In this document: piece after piece, positions 31,102 to 40,602 of the stretch
Layout of the letters: every line of letters begins with the position of its first letter
How positions within the stretch are numbered: position 1 is the first letter of the stretch
NCBI GenBank assembly: GCA_050246735.1
Contig: JBFWVM010000001.1
Span: forward strand, 338,004 to 402,003
DNA from: Parvibaculaceae bacterium
GTDB taxonomy: Bacteria > Pseudomonadota > Alphaproteobacteria > Rhizobiales > Aestuariivirgaceae
Direction: 5' to 3'
Length of the DNA: 64,000 nt
Notes under the pieces: model-generated
What the model saw: the letters and a program-made list of their open reading frames with translations, nothing else
Told to the model about the DNA's origin: nothing
Databases searched by the model: none
Made by a program: the position numbers and the translations under genes

Positions 31102-31695
31102 ATGCTGAAAGACCTGCGCATCATACTGTGGGCGCTCGTCGCCATCGTGATCGTCGGCGTCGGGGCCTATCTCTATGTCGATCGCCAGAAGGCCGCTCCC
31201 GTTCCGGTGGCGGAGATCGGCGGGCCGTTCAGGCTGGCCTCTTCCTCGGGCGGCATGGTCGACAGCGCCGGGCTGAAGGGCAAACCCTTCGCGGTGTTCT
31301 TCGGCTTCACCCATTGCCCGGAAGTATGCCCGACGACGCTCTATGAGATGTCGAGCGCGCTCGGCAAGCTCGGCGACGAGGCGAAGGACTTGCGGGTGTT
31401 CTTCATCACGGTGGATCCCGAGCGCGACACGGTCGAGTTCCTCAGGAGCTACCTGACGAGCTTCGATCCGCGCATCGTGGGCCTCAGGCCGACACCCGAG
31501 GAGTTGCCGCAGGTCGCCCGGCGCTATCGCGTCTTCTATGAGAAGGTGCCGACCGAGGGCGGCGACTACACGATGAACCACACCGCGCTCGTCTATCTCA
31601 TGGACCGCGAGGGCAGGTTCTTCGGCACGCTCGATTACGAGGAGAAGCCCGAGGTGCGGCTGACCAAGCTCAGGCGCCTGCTGAAGGACGGATAG
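31102..31695 (+). CDS. SCO1/SenC family protein
   Basis: FGFTHCPEVCP, TVDPERDT, MNHT. Confidence 0.95.
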   Translation: MLKDLRIILWALVAIVIVGVGAYLYVDRQKAAPVPVAEIGGPFRLASSSGGMVDSAGLKGKPFAVFFGFTHCPEVCPTTLYEMSSALGKLGDEAKDLRVFFITVDPERDTVEFLRSYLTSFDPRIVGLRPTPEELPQVARRYRVFYEKVPTEGGDYTMNHTALVYLMDREGRFFGTLDYEEKPEVRLTKLRRLLKDG

Positions 31696-31710
31696 CTGCG
31701 GCTCCTCACC

Positions 31711-31751
31711 CGTCATGGCCGCCCTTGAGGCGGTCAAGCCCGGCCATGACG
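31711..31751. repeat. REP-like palindrome (CGTCATGGCC...GGCCATGACG), collapsed copy
   Basis: 10-bp terminal inverted repeats; both halves recur at 45513-45616. Confidence 0.7.
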
Positions 31752-31829
31752 AATGGGGGAGGACGCAACAGGTCTCAGGTATCGAGTCTGGATGGCCGGG
31801 TCGGGGCCCCCGCCGTGGCGAGTTGTGGC

Positions 31830-33065
31830 CTAGGTCCTGGCCTTGTCCATCTGTTCGACGAAGCGCTTGAACAGATAGTGGCTGTCCTGCGGACCGGGGG
31901 AGGCCTCGGGGTGATACTGCACCGAGAAGACGGGCTTGCCCTCGACCGCGATGCCGCAATTGGAGCCGTCGAAGAGCGAGACATGGGTCTCGACCACGCC
32001 TTCGGGCAGCGTCTCGCGGTCGACGGTGAAGCCGTGATTCATCGAGGTGATCTCGACCTTGCCGGTGGTGAAGTCCTTCACCGGATGGTTGGCGCCGTGA
32101 TGGCCCTGATGCATCTTGCGGGTCCTGGCGCCGAGCGCCAGCGCCAGCATCTGATGGCCGAGGCAGATGCCGAAGACGGGCTTGCCGGAGGCGACCAGCT
32201 TCCTGATCTCGGGCACCGCATATTCGCCCGTCGCCGCCGGATCGCCGGGGCCGTTCGACAGGAAGATGCCGTCGGGATCCATGGCCAGTATGTCCTCGGC
32301 CTGGGCGGTGGCGGGGACCACCGTGACCTCGCAGCCGGCCGTGGCGAGGCAGCGCAGGATATTGCGCTTCAGGCCATAGTCGACGGCGACCACCTTGTGG
32401 CGCACCGCATTGCGCCGGCCGAAACCGCCGCTCCAGTCCCAGGTCGTCTGGTCCCAGTCCATGCGCTGGGTCAGCGACACATCCCTGGCGAGGTCCATGC
32501 CGACCAGGCCCGGCCACTCGGCCGCCATCGCCTTGAGCTTCTTCAGATCGAAGCGGCCCTTCGCATGATGGGCGATGACGCCGTTGGGCATGCCCTTCTC
32601 GCGGATGAGGCTGGTCAGCGCCCGCGTGTCGATCCCGGACAGGCCGACGATGCCGCGCAGCCTTAGCCACTGGCTGAAATGGCGGTGGCTTCTGTAATTG
32701 GCGGGGTCGGTGACGGCGGCCTTGACGACGCAGCCGCGCACGCCCGACGCGGCCGCGAGATTGGTCGTCTCGATGTCGTCCTCGTTGGTGCCGACGTTGC
32801 CGATATGGGGAAAGGTGAAGGTGACGATCTGGCCGGCATAGGAAGGGTCGGTCAGGATCTCCTGATAGCCGGTCATGGCGGTGTTGAAGCAGACCTCGCC
32901 TGCCGCCTCGCCTTCCGCGCCGAAGCCGAAGCCCTCGATCACGGTGCCGTCGGCGAGCACCAGGAGGCCGGTGACGCGCGGAGGTTCCCAGTCGGAAAAG
33001 GCCGGGCGCGCGGACGTCTTCGCCGTCCTCGGCTTCGCCGGCCGGGCAGGGGCTTTCTTGGCCAT
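31830..33065 (-). CDS. carA: Carbamoyl-phosphate synthase small subunit
   Basis: FNTAMTGYQEILTDPSY, LSNGPGDP, GICLGHQ, QYHPEASPGP. Confidence 0.98.
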   Translation of the reverse strand: MAKKAPARPAKPRTAKTSARPAFSDWEPPRVTGLLVLADGTVIEGFGFGAEGEAAGEVCFNTAMTGYQEILTDPSYAGQIVTFTFPHIGNVGTNEDDIETTNLAAASGVRGCVVKAAVTDPANYRSHRHFSQWLRLRGIVGLSGIDTRALTSLIREKGMPNGVIAHHAKGRFDLKKLKAMAAEWPGLVGMDLARDVSLTQRMDWDQTTWDWSGGFGRRNAVRHKVVAVDYGLKRNILRCLATAGCEVTVVPATAQAEDILAMDPDGIFLSNGPGDPAATGEYAVPEIRKLVASGKPVFGICLGHQMLALALGARTRKMHQGHHGANHPVKDFTTGKVEITSMNHGFTVDRETLPEGVVETHVSLFDGSNCGIAVEGKPVFSVQYHPEASPGPQDSHYLFKRFVEQMDKART

Positions 33066-33181
33066 GGACTCACGATCTCCTGAATTTGCGTTCTCTTATG
33101 GGGTCGTTTCCGGGCCGTCAAGGTTGCGCGCGCGCCGCCGAGGGCGTATTCCAGCCGCTTTCAGCCGAGGATGAGAGTTCC

Positions 33182-33643
33182 ATGGGGCTTCGCGACGAGA
33201 TCAACGACAGCCTGAAAGAGGCGATGAAGTCGGGCGACAAAAGGCGCGTCTCGACGCTCCGGCTGGTCAATTCCGCCATCAAGGACCGCGACATCCAGAG
33301 CCGCACCGCGGGCCCCGACGCCGGGGTGAGCGATGCGCAGATCGTCGAGGTCCTGGCCAGGATGGTGAAGCAGCGCCAGGAAAGCCTCGAGATCTACGAG
33401 AAGGCAGGCAGGGCCGAGCTTGCCGCCCAGGAGCGCGAGGAGATCGCGATCATCCAGGGCTACATGCCGAAACAGCTTTCGGAAGAGGAAGTGAAGTCGG
33501 TCATCGCCGCGGTGATCAAGGAGGTCGGCGCCACCTCGGTCAAGGACATGGGCAAGGTCATGGGCGCGCTCAAGGCGAAATATGCCGGCCGGATGGACTT
33601 CGCCAGGGCCGGCGCGGTGATCAAGGGCCTGCTCGGCGCCTAG
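33182..33643 (+). CDS. GatB/YqeY domain protein
   Basis: KEAMKSGDK, KQRQES, KDMGKVM. Confidence 0.93.
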   Translation: MGLRDEINDSLKEAMKSGDKRRVSTLRLVNSAIKDRDIQSRTAGPDAGVSDAQIVEVLARMVKQRQESLEIYEKAGRAELAAQEREEIAIIQGYMPKQLSEEEVKSVIAAVIKEVGATSVKDMGKVMGALKAKYAGRMDFARAGAVIKGLLGA

Positions 33644-33753
33644 CGCGCATCCCGGCGAAGTGGACTCACTTCGCCGAAAAGGATTGGCGCGAAATCAATA
33701 TCTTGGGAGCAAATCCTTATCGCCAAAGTCTTCAACTTTGGCGGGATTTGCTC
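33641..33753 (+). repeat. Palindromic repeat copy 2 with second hairpin (RIME-like bipartite)
   Basis: 67/70 match to 4269-4338; extra stem GAGCAAATCC..CGCCAAAGT/ACTTTGGCG GGATTTGCTC at 33707-33753. Confidence 0.9.
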
Positions 33754-33768
33754 TGAGAAGGCCGGCGC

Positions 33769-34317
33769 TCACTGCAGGTTGGTGTGGCGATGGCCCATCG
33801 TGCGGTGCGCGTCGGGCGTTGCGCCGGCCAGGCACGCCACGACGCTGTCGAGCAGGAGGAGAGAGGCCTGCTCGAACAGGCTGCCGCCGAACTGCCGCGT
33901 CCCGCCTGCCGGCACGGGAAGGACGACATCGGCGATGCCCGCCAATGTGCCCGCCGGCCTGTGGGTCAGCGTCGCGACCTTGGCGCCTTCACCCCTGGCG
34001 ATGCGCGCGAAGCCGACGCTGACCGGGGTCTCGCCAGAGCCCGAGACGACGAGCAGCCCATCGCCTGTCCGGATGGACGGCGCCGAGACCTCGCCGACGA
34101 AATGCACGCTGCGTCCGAGATGCATGAAGCGCATCGCCGCCATCTGCGCCACGAGGCCGGAACGTCCCTGGCCCGAGAAGAACCAGCGCTGCGCCGGATC
34201 GCCGAAGGCGTCGACGAGACGGGCGAAGGCCGCCGCGTCCACCCGCGCGAGAAGGGCGGCTATTTCCTCTCCCACGGCCAGCCATGGCCGGGATCGGGCA
34301 GTCTGTCGCGGATCCAT
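33769..34317 (-). CDS. hxlB: 6-phospho-3-hexuloisomerase (SIS domain)
   Basis: SGQGRSG, SGSGET, GSLFEQ, HTNLQ; SD GGGAGG. Confidence 0.88.
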   Translation of the reverse strand: MDPRQTARSRPWLAVGEEIAALLARVDAAAFARLVDAFGDPAQRWFFSGQGRSGLVAQMAAMRFMHLGRSVHFVGEVSAPSIRTGDGLLVVSGSGETPVSVGFARIARGEGAKVATLTHRPAGTLAGIADVVLPVPAGGTRQFGGSLFEQASLLLLDSVVACLAGATPDAHRTMGHRHTNLQ

Positions 34318-34919
34318 TGCGAAACCTCCCTTGGGTTGGCCGATTCCGTGATCGCCGTGCCGACCACGACGATCTCGGGCGCCGCGGCGATGACGGAGGA
34401 AAGCGTGTCGGGACCGATGCCGCCGGCCAGCGACACGCGGAAGCCGCGCCGGCGCATCTCCTTCACCGCGTCGATATGCGAGGTCGATCTGTCGCCGGCG
34501 AGGCGCGCATCGGTCGGAGAATGGACGGCGACATAGCCGAAGCTCTCCGGAAAGACCGCGTCGCGGGGCAGGAGCTTGGCCTTGCCCGATTCGGTGATGG
34601 TGTCGACGACGACCGAGGCGCCGAAGGCTTCGGCGCGCCGGCCCACCGTTTCATGCGTCGCCCTCGACGCGCAGGACAGGACCGTCATGAAGGCGGCGCC
34701 GGCGCCGAACACCATGTCGGCCTCCAATGCGCCCGCATCGACGGTCTTGGTGTCCGCCATGATCCGGACATCGGGACAGAGCTCGCGCGCCGTCGCGATG
34801 GCCGAAAGGCCGAAGCGCTTCAGCACCGGCGTGCCGATCTCGACGATATCGGCGAAAGGCTCGACCAGCGGCAGGAGCGACAGATGTTCCGGCTTGTCGA
34901 AGGCGATCTGCAAGAGCAC
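34260..34919 (-). CDS. hxlA: 3-hexulose-6-phosphate synthase (OMPDC/HPS barrel)
   Basis: LQIAFD, IVEIGTP, ADTKTVDAG, LAGGI, VVGTAIT; GTG start. Confidence 0.85.
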   Translation of the reverse strand: MLLQIAFDKPEHLSLLPLVEPFADIVEIGTPVLKRFGLSAIATARELCPDVRIMADTKTVDAGALEADMVFGAGAAFMTVLSCASRATHETVGRRAEAFGASVVVDTITESGKAKLLPRDAVFPESFGYVAVHSPTDARLAGDRSTSHIDAVKEMRRRGFRVSLAGGIGPDTLSSVIAAAPEIVVVGTAITESANPREVSQWIRDRLPDPGHGWPWERK

Positions 34920-35092
34920 GTTTGTTTCCCCGGGACCCGGCTGAGGATGGACGGTGGAGGTTCTAGCAATGTGAGCGGAATACCGCCATGACCGTCTGGG
35001 GCCGGAGCGCGGGAGCGATCGTCCGCTTTTGCCGTCGGGTCGTTGCGGCAGGCGGCGTTCTGGTGCACGATGGGATCGTTGGGGGAAGTCAC

Positions 35093-35800
35093 GTGAAGAA
35101 ACTGCTCCTGGCCATGGCATTGACCTTGTTGCCCGCAGGCGCCGTGGCCGACGAGCCGGCCGCCTTTGACTGGAGCGGCGCCTATGCCGGCGCTCATCTG
35201 GGTTACGGCGAGGCCGACGTCGATTACGACTTCGCCGCCATAGATGAAGGTTTCTTCAACGAGGGCGAGGGGACCCGGGTCAGTGAGCGGCTCGACGATC
35301 TGATCGGCGGCGTCCAGGCCGGGCTCAACTGGCAGTCCGGCAATATCGTCCTCGGTCTGGAAGGAGCCTTCACCTGGCTCGGCTTCGATGAACGCTCGAC
35401 CAGCCCGTTCTTTCCTGAAAGCGACGGATTCAGGACGGGCATCGATTGGTCCGCCGCCATCACGCCCCGCGCCGGCATCGCCTTCGACAACGTCCTGCTC
35501 TACGCGAAAGGCGGCGTCGCCTTCGCCGACGTCACGGGGCGCATCCAGGACAATTTGAACGAGCTGTTCGTCGAGAAGACCAAGACGCAGGTGGGCTGGA
35601 CGATCGGTGCCGGCGCCGATTATGCCTTGAGCGAAAACTGGATCATCGGCGCCGAAGGCAACTACTATGATTTCGGATCGTTCGATGCCGGCGAAAATAC
35701 CCGGACGTTCGAGGGTGTGGAAACGCCGAGTCTTTCGGACCATGAGATCGACACGACCATGTGGTCGGTCCTGGCGCGCATAAGCTTCATGTTCAGATGA
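35093..35800 (+). CDS. Omp25/RopB-type outer membrane beta-barrel
   Basis: Signal peptide; FDWSGAYAG, GWTIGAGADYA; paralogue of 13118. Confidence 0.88.
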   Translation: MKKLLLAMALTLLPAGAVADEPAAFDWSGAYAGAHLGYGEADVDYDFAAIDEGFFNEGEGTRVSERLDDLIGGVQAGLNWQSGNIVLGLEGAFTWLGFDERSTSPFFPESDGFRTGIDWSAAITPRAGIAFDNVLLYAKGGVAFADVTGRIQDNLNELFVEKTKTQVGWTIGAGADYALSENWIIGAEGNYYDFGSFDAGENTRTFEGVETPSLSDHEIDTTMWSVLARISFMFR

Positions 35801-35852
35801 GCCGACGGGCGCGGCCGGACGGGGACGCCACGGACACCCGCGAGGCGAACGC

Positions 35853-37103
35853 TCAGGGCCCGGCCGCCAGTGGCCTGCGCCGCTCCTCCAGGAACGCCCG
35901 CACCGCCGGATCGGTTTCGAGGCCGATGGCGCGCAGATAGGCGGCATTCGCCGCATCGGCCATGGCGAGCCGCGCCATGAGATCGGCGCGCGCCGCCCAA
36001 TAAGGCTGATAGTCGTGCAGCCGCATGTCGCCCGAGAGATCGTCGAGGGCTGCGATCCCGGCTTGCGCGCCTTGCGTCTCGGCGACGACGACCGCGCGGT
36101 TGAGCGCCACCACCGGCGAGCGGGTCAGCGCGAAGAGCCGGTCGTAGAGCTTTTCGAGCGCCGGCCAGTCGGGCCTGCCTTTCAGCCGCCTGATCGCATG
36201 CGCCGACTGGATCGCCGCTTCGACCTGATAGCGTCCGATGGAATGCGCGCGGCTCGCCTTGCCGAGAAGCGCATCGGCTTCCCCGATCATCGCACTGTGC
36301 CAGAGAGCGGTGTCCTGCTCCTGGAGCGGGACGAAGCGGCCGGCGACGCGGCGCGCCCCGCGCCTCGCGTCGAGATGCAGAAGCAGCGACAGGAGGCCCA
36401 GCGCCTCGGGCTCCTCCGGCGCGAGCTCGATCATGAGCCGCGCCAGCCAGATCGCTTCATCGGCGAGGTTCTTGCGCTGGACGTCGGCGCCCAGGGGGTC
36501 GCTCCAGCCGGCGCTGAAAGCGGCGTAGATCGCGGCCAGCACCGCGTCGATGCGCTCAGCCCATTCACCGCGCTCCGGAACGCGGAAGGGGATGCCGGCG
36601 TCCCTGATCTTGGCCTTGGCGCGCACCAGGCGCTGAGCCATGGCGGCGGGAGCCACGAGAAAGGCCCGGGCAATGGTCGCCGCATCGAAGCCCAGCACCG
36701 TCTGGAGGATGAGGGGCGCCCTTATCTTCGTGTCGATGGCCGGATGCGCGCAAGCGAACATCAGTCGCAAGCGCTCGTCCGGTATGCTCCGTTCGGCGTC
36801 GCCATCCTCCTGAATTTCCTCGGCGAGCAGACGCAGATGATCGCTGCCGCGCGCGGCGGCGGCCATGCGCCGGTCGCCGTCGGCGAGCTGCCGGCGCGCC
36901 ACGGTGAGAAGCCAGGCTTCCGGACTTTCGGGAACGCCGCTCGCCGGCCAGCGCTCGAGCGCTTCGAGGAAGGCCTGGGCCAGCGCGTCCTCGGCCTTGG
37001 CCATGTCGCGGCAGCGGATGGACAGGCAGGCGACGAGCTTGCCGTAGCTGGCGCGGGCGGCGTGCCTCACCGCGTCCGCGGGCAAGCCCGGAGCGCGCGT
37101 CAT
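35853..37103 (-). CDS. ECF sigma factor with long TPR-like C-terminal extension (ECF42 type)
   Basis: AEDALAQAF, AWLLTVARR, IPDERLRLMFACAHP, AMAQRLVRAK; coupled to DGPF gene. Confidence 0.9.
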   Translation of the reverse strand: MTRAPGLPADAVRHAARASYGKLVACLSIRCRDMAKAEDALAQAFLEALERWPASGVPESPEAWLLTVARRQLADGDRRMAAAARGSDHLRLLAEEIQEDGDAERSIPDERLRLMFACAHPAIDTKIRAPLILQTVLGFDAATIARAFLVAPAAMAQRLVRAKAKIRDAGIPFRVPERGEWAERIDAVLAAIYAAFSAGWSDPLGADVQRKNLADEAIWLARLMIELAPEEPEALGLLSLLLHLDARRGARRVAGRFVPLQEQDTALWHSAMIGEADALLGKASRAHSIGRYQVEAAIQSAHAIRRLKGRPDWPALEKLYDRLFALTRSPVVALNRAVVVAETQGAQAGIAALDDLSGDMRLHDYQPYWAARADLMARLAMADAANAAYLRAIGLETDPAVRAFLEERRRPLAAGP

Positions 37104-37450
37104 CTGCCTTGCGGCATCGGCCAAAGCGGACGGACCTCGACACTGCCCTGCACGGCGCCGGGACAGCGCGCCGCCCACTGCAGAGCCGAATCCAGATCGG
37201 GGACGTCGATGATGAAGTAGCCGCCGAGCTGCTCCTTGGAATCGGCGTAGGGACCGTCGAGGACCGTCGCCCTGCCGTCCACCTGCCGCACGGTGGACGC
37301 CGTCGTCACCGGCTGCAGGCGTTCGCCGCCGGCCAGCACGCCGGCGCCGGCCAGCGCCTGGGCATAGGCCATATAGGGCGCGGAGTGCTCGCCGCCCGTC
37401 TGGTTGCCATGGATGCTTTCGTCGCGATAGATCAGCAGCATGTATTTCAT
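37100..37450 (-). CDS. YCII-related DGPF protein
   Basis: MKYMLLIY, DGPYADSKEQLGGYFII, VEVRP. Confidence 0.92.
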   Translation of the reverse strand: MKYMLLIYRDESIHGNQTGGEHSAPYMAYAQALAGAGVLAGGERLQPVTTASTVRQVDGRATVLDGPYADSKEQLGGYFIIDVPDLDSALQWAARCPGAVQGSVEVRPLWPMPQGR

Positions 37451-37551
37451 GGTTCGTCATCCCGTGATGAGCGATCACCATCGATCGCCGAACCATAGTC
37501 GTCCGGCCGGGGGCCCGATCGACAGAAGGAAGAAAATTTTACTCCCGATCT

Positions 37552-37581
37552 CGCCCTCTCCGCGGCCCCGCGGAGAGGGCG
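37552..37581. terminator. Strong GC hairpin downstream of ohr
   Basis: CGCCCTCTCCGCGG/CCGCGGAGAGGGCG inverted repeat; no clean U-tract. Confidence 0.5.
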
Positions 37582-37608
37582 CTTTGCGCCGTCCGGGACG
37601 CCGGACCG

Positions 37609-38028
37609 TCAAACGACCGTGGTCGTGACCTCGACATTGCCCTTGATGGAATGACTGTAGGGACACACCACATGGGCTTTCCTGACGAGGTCCTCGGCCT
37701 TCGCCCTGTCGATGCCGGGGAGGCTGACTTCGAGCGCCACGGTGATCCCGAAGCCCTGCTTGTCGTCGCGCTCGCCGATGCCGACATTGGCCGACACCCT
37801 GGCGTCGTCGGAGATCTTCACCTTCTCCTTGCCGGCGACGAACTTGATCGCGCCCAGATAGCAGGCGGAATAGCCGACCGAGAACAGCTGCTCCGGATTG
37901 GTGCCGCTGCCGGTGCCGCCCATCTCCTTGGGCACGGACAGGGTCACGTCGACCTTGCCGTCGTCGGTGCGGCCCTTGCCGTCGCGGCCGCCGGTGGCGC
38001 TTCCATGAGCGGTATACACTGTTTTCAT
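37609..38028 (-). CDS. ohr: Organic hydroperoxide resistance protein
   Basis: GGRDG, TNPEQLF..GYSAC, AHVVCPYS. Confidence 0.96.
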   Translation of the reverse strand: MKTVYTAHGSATGGRDGKGRTDDGKVDVTLSVPKEMGGTGSGTNPEQLFSVGYSACYLGAIKFVAGKEKVKISDDARVSANVGIGERDDKQGFGITVALEVSLPGIDRAKAEDLVRKAHVVCPYSHSIKGNVEVTTTVV

Positions 38029-38069
38029 CTGACAAGCCTCCTTGGGGGTTTAGGAATGAACGAACTATC

Positions 38070-38963
38070 TCACGCCGCCCGGCGGCTCGCAATCGCGACA
38101 CCTGCCGCCGCGACAGCCATGCCGATCCAGGAAAAAGGCGACATGGTCTCGCCCAGGATCGGCCAGGCCATCAAGGTGGCGACGGGCGGCACGAGATAGA
38201 ACAGCGAGGAGACGCGCGACACTTCGCCCGCGCGGATCATCGCCAGGAGCAAGGTCATCGAGATGAGCGAGTTGCCGATGACGAGATAGGCGAGTGCCGC
38301 GAGAAATTCCGGCGCGGTCCAGTCGATCGCGAGGCTTTCGGTGGCGAAGGTCAAGGGCAAGGTGCTGACGAGCCCCGCCGCGTACTGGATCATGTTCGAC
38401 ACGACCGGATGGTGATCGCCGCCGAAGCGCTTCTCCCACAAGGTGCCGGCGGTGATGCCGAGCAGGGCGCCGATGGCGTAGAGCACGCCCATGACCGTCT
38501 CGGCCGCGATGGCGGACTGGGCGAGAATCACGATCGCAGCGCCCGCCAGTCCCAGGGCGAGGCCCAGCCAGCGCATGGCGCTGACCCGCTCGCGCGCGAT
38601 ATGAGGTGCCGCCAGTCCGACCAGGATCGGCTGCAGGCAGACGATGATGGCGACGGTGCCGGAGGACGTCCTGGCGTAGAAGGCAAGATAGCACAGGCCG
38701 AAATAGACGCCCTGGATGAGGAAGCCCACCATCGCGATATGGAGCCATTGCACGAACCGGCGCGGCCAGGCGGGCTTCAGCGCGGCGGCGAAGGGCATGA
38801 GGATGACGAGGACGATGGCATAGCGCAGCGCGAGGAAGGTCAGGGGCTCGGCATGCCGGATGCCGAGCTTGGCGACGCTGAAGCCGCCCGACCACAGGAC
38901 GAGAAAGATCGCCGGCGCGAGCGCGAGCCAGAGCGGCCGGCCGGAAGTCGGCAGGCTCGTCAT
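38070..38963 (-). CDS. EamA/DMT transporter
   Basis: LWSGGF, EPLTFLALR, SSLFYLVPP. Confidence 0.92.
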   Translation of the reverse strand: MTSLPTSGRPLWLALAPAIFLVLWSGGFSVAKLGIRHAEPLTFLALRYAIVLVILMPFAAALKPAWPRRFVQWLHIAMVGFLIQGVYFGLCYLAFYARTSSGTVAIIVCLQPILVGLAAPHIARERVSAMRWLGLALGLAGAAIVILAQSAIAAETVMGVLYAIGALLGITAGTLWEKRFGGDHHPVVSNMIQYAAGLVSTLPLTFATESLAIDWTAPEFLAALAYLVIGNSLISMTLLLAMIRAGEVSRVSSLFYLVPPVATLMAWPILGETMSPFSWIGMAVAAAGVAIASRRAA

Positions 38964-39661
38964 CGCGGATGCGGCTTCCGCGCCAGATAATCGGCATAGA
39001 CGCCGTTCGAATATTCCGCCGTCAGGAGATCGAAGCCCGACTGCCCGATGAGGCCTTCCATGATCCAGCCATAGGTCGAGTGCTCGTCGCGCAGATGGCG
39101 GACTACGGCGGCACGGTCGTAGCCGGTGTTCTCCAGCATCCAGGCGATCCAGGCCTCGGCCGTCTGCGGCAGCTCGGCCGAGCGGCAGGAGAAGACGACG
39201 TCGCGAATGAAAAGGGTGCCGCCGGGCTTCAGCGCGCTCGCCATGCGGTCGAGCGCCACGCCTTTCCACTGGTCGGGCAGGTGATGCAGCGCGAATTTCG
39301 TGGTGATGAGATCGAGGCCCGCATCGGGAAGCGCAAAAGTGAGAAAGCCCGCCTGCTGCGGGATGACATTGGCGAGCCCCAGCGCCCGGGCGCGGCGTCG
39401 GGTGGCGGCCAGCATGGGCGCTGAGACGTCGACCGCGTGGACGGCGCGGCAGAGCTTCGCTGCTTCGCAGGCGAGACGGCCGGTGCCGCAGCCGATGTCG
39501 GCCAGCCTGTCCGAGGCCGCGAGCCCGAGCCTGGCGAGAAGCGCTGCGTCCTCGCCCGTGCCGTCATTCTGGCGCTCGTCATAGGTAGCCACTTCGCGGC
39601 CGTCGGCGAAATCGGTGCCGACCTGCGTCAGGTCGTCATAGTACCAGTCGGCTCTCTTCAT
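38960..39661 (-). CDS. Class I SAM-dependent methyltransferase
   Basis: DIGCGTG, VDVSAPML, ALHHL, LKPGG. Confidence 0.92.
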   Translation of the reverse strand: MKRADWYYDDLTQVGTDFADGREVATYDERQNDGTGEDAALLARLGLAASDRLADIGCGTGRLACEAAKLCRAVHAVDVSAPMLAATRRRARALGLANVIPQQAGFLTFALPDAGLDLITTKFALHHLPDQWKGVALDRMASALKPGGTLFIRDVVFSCRSAELPQTAEAWIAWMLENTGYDRAAVVRHLRDEHSTYGWIMEGLIGQSGFDLLTAEYSNGVYADYLARKPHPR

Positions 39662-39847
39662 GAGCGGATGGTTGCAAACCGGCCGTCCGGACGCCAGAGC
39701 GGAGCTCGAGCGGATACCATGCGCGGGGCGCATGCCGACACAGGTCACGTCCTTCCGCGGGCGGGGCGAGGGCGAGTTGCGGGCGCTGCGTGCACTTTGG
39801 TGCGGGACCCACTATATTGGCGTCCGGATTTGTGTGGAGCGATGGCC

Positions 39848-40444
39848 ATGACGCCGTTTGATCTTGCCGTGTCGATCGCGCTCGGGGTCGGGCTTGCGGC
39901 GGCCACCGGCTTCCGGATCTTCCTGCCGCTGCTCGTGACCAGCATCGCCACCTATGGCGGCTATGTTCCGGTGAGCGAGGGCTTCGCCTGGATCGGCACG
40001 CCGGGCGCGGTCATCACGCTGGGCGTGGCGGCGCTGGCCGAGGTGCTGGCCTATTATATCCCGGGCGTCGACAACCTGCTCGACACGATCGCGACGCCGG
40101 CCGCACTCGTCGCCGGCACGCTGGTCTCGGCCGCGGTCATGGCCGACCTGCCGCCGCTCGTCAAATGGGCCGCCGCCATCATCGCGGGCGGCGGTGCCGC
40201 CGGCATCACCCAGGGCGTCACCGCCATGATCCGGGCCAATTCGACGGTGTTCACCGGCGGCCTCGGCAATCCCGTCATCGCCACGGGCGAACTCGGCGCG
40301 GCGACCCTCGTGTCGCTGCTCGCGCTCGCGGTGCCCTTCGTCGCCATCGGCCTCGTCGTCCTGTTCTGCTGGTTCGCGGTGAGGACGATTAGGCGGCTGC
40401 TGAGGCGAGGTTCTCCTAACGCCCGCCCTACAGAAGCACAATGA
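39848..40444 (+). CDS. DUF4126 family membrane protein
   Basis: GLAAATGFRIFLPLL, YYIPGVDNLLD, GNPV; alternative start at 39842. Confidence 0.88.
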   Translation: MTPFDLAVSIALGVGLAAATGFRIFLPLLVTSIATYGGYVPVSEGFAWIGTPGAVITLGVAALAEVLAYYIPGVDNLLDTIATPAALVAGTLVSAAVMADLPPLVKWAAAIIAGGGAAGITQGVTAMIRANSTVFTGGLGNPVIATGELGAATLVSLLALAVPFVAIGLVVLFCWFAVRTIRRLLRRGSPNARPTEAQ

Positions 40445-40584
40445 CGAGGAAACTTACCGAGCAGGAGTGGGCAATGCTTGCCCAGCTTGAAGAGCTGCCC
40501 GACGAACAGATTGATACTGTAGATATTCCAGAAGCGCCTAAGGAGCGCTGGCGTTTTGCCTGCCGTGGCAACAAGCGAGATTGA
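40441..40584 (+). pseudogene. Truncated BrnA-like antitoxin N-terminus (47 aa)
   Basis: LAQLEELPDEQIDTVDIPE...W...RG resembles BrnA N-termini; C-terminal RHH part missing. Confidence 0.5.
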
Positions 40585-40602
40585 GATTCGGCGCCGTCAT
40601 AG

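Noticed and set aside
13118-35800. Two Omp25-like paralogues
   Set aside because: Multi-copy family in Rhizobiales; the two are too diverged for a recent duplication.
35853-37450. ECF sigma factor plus DGPF protein as a new system
   Set aside because: Matches the described ECF42 arrangement.
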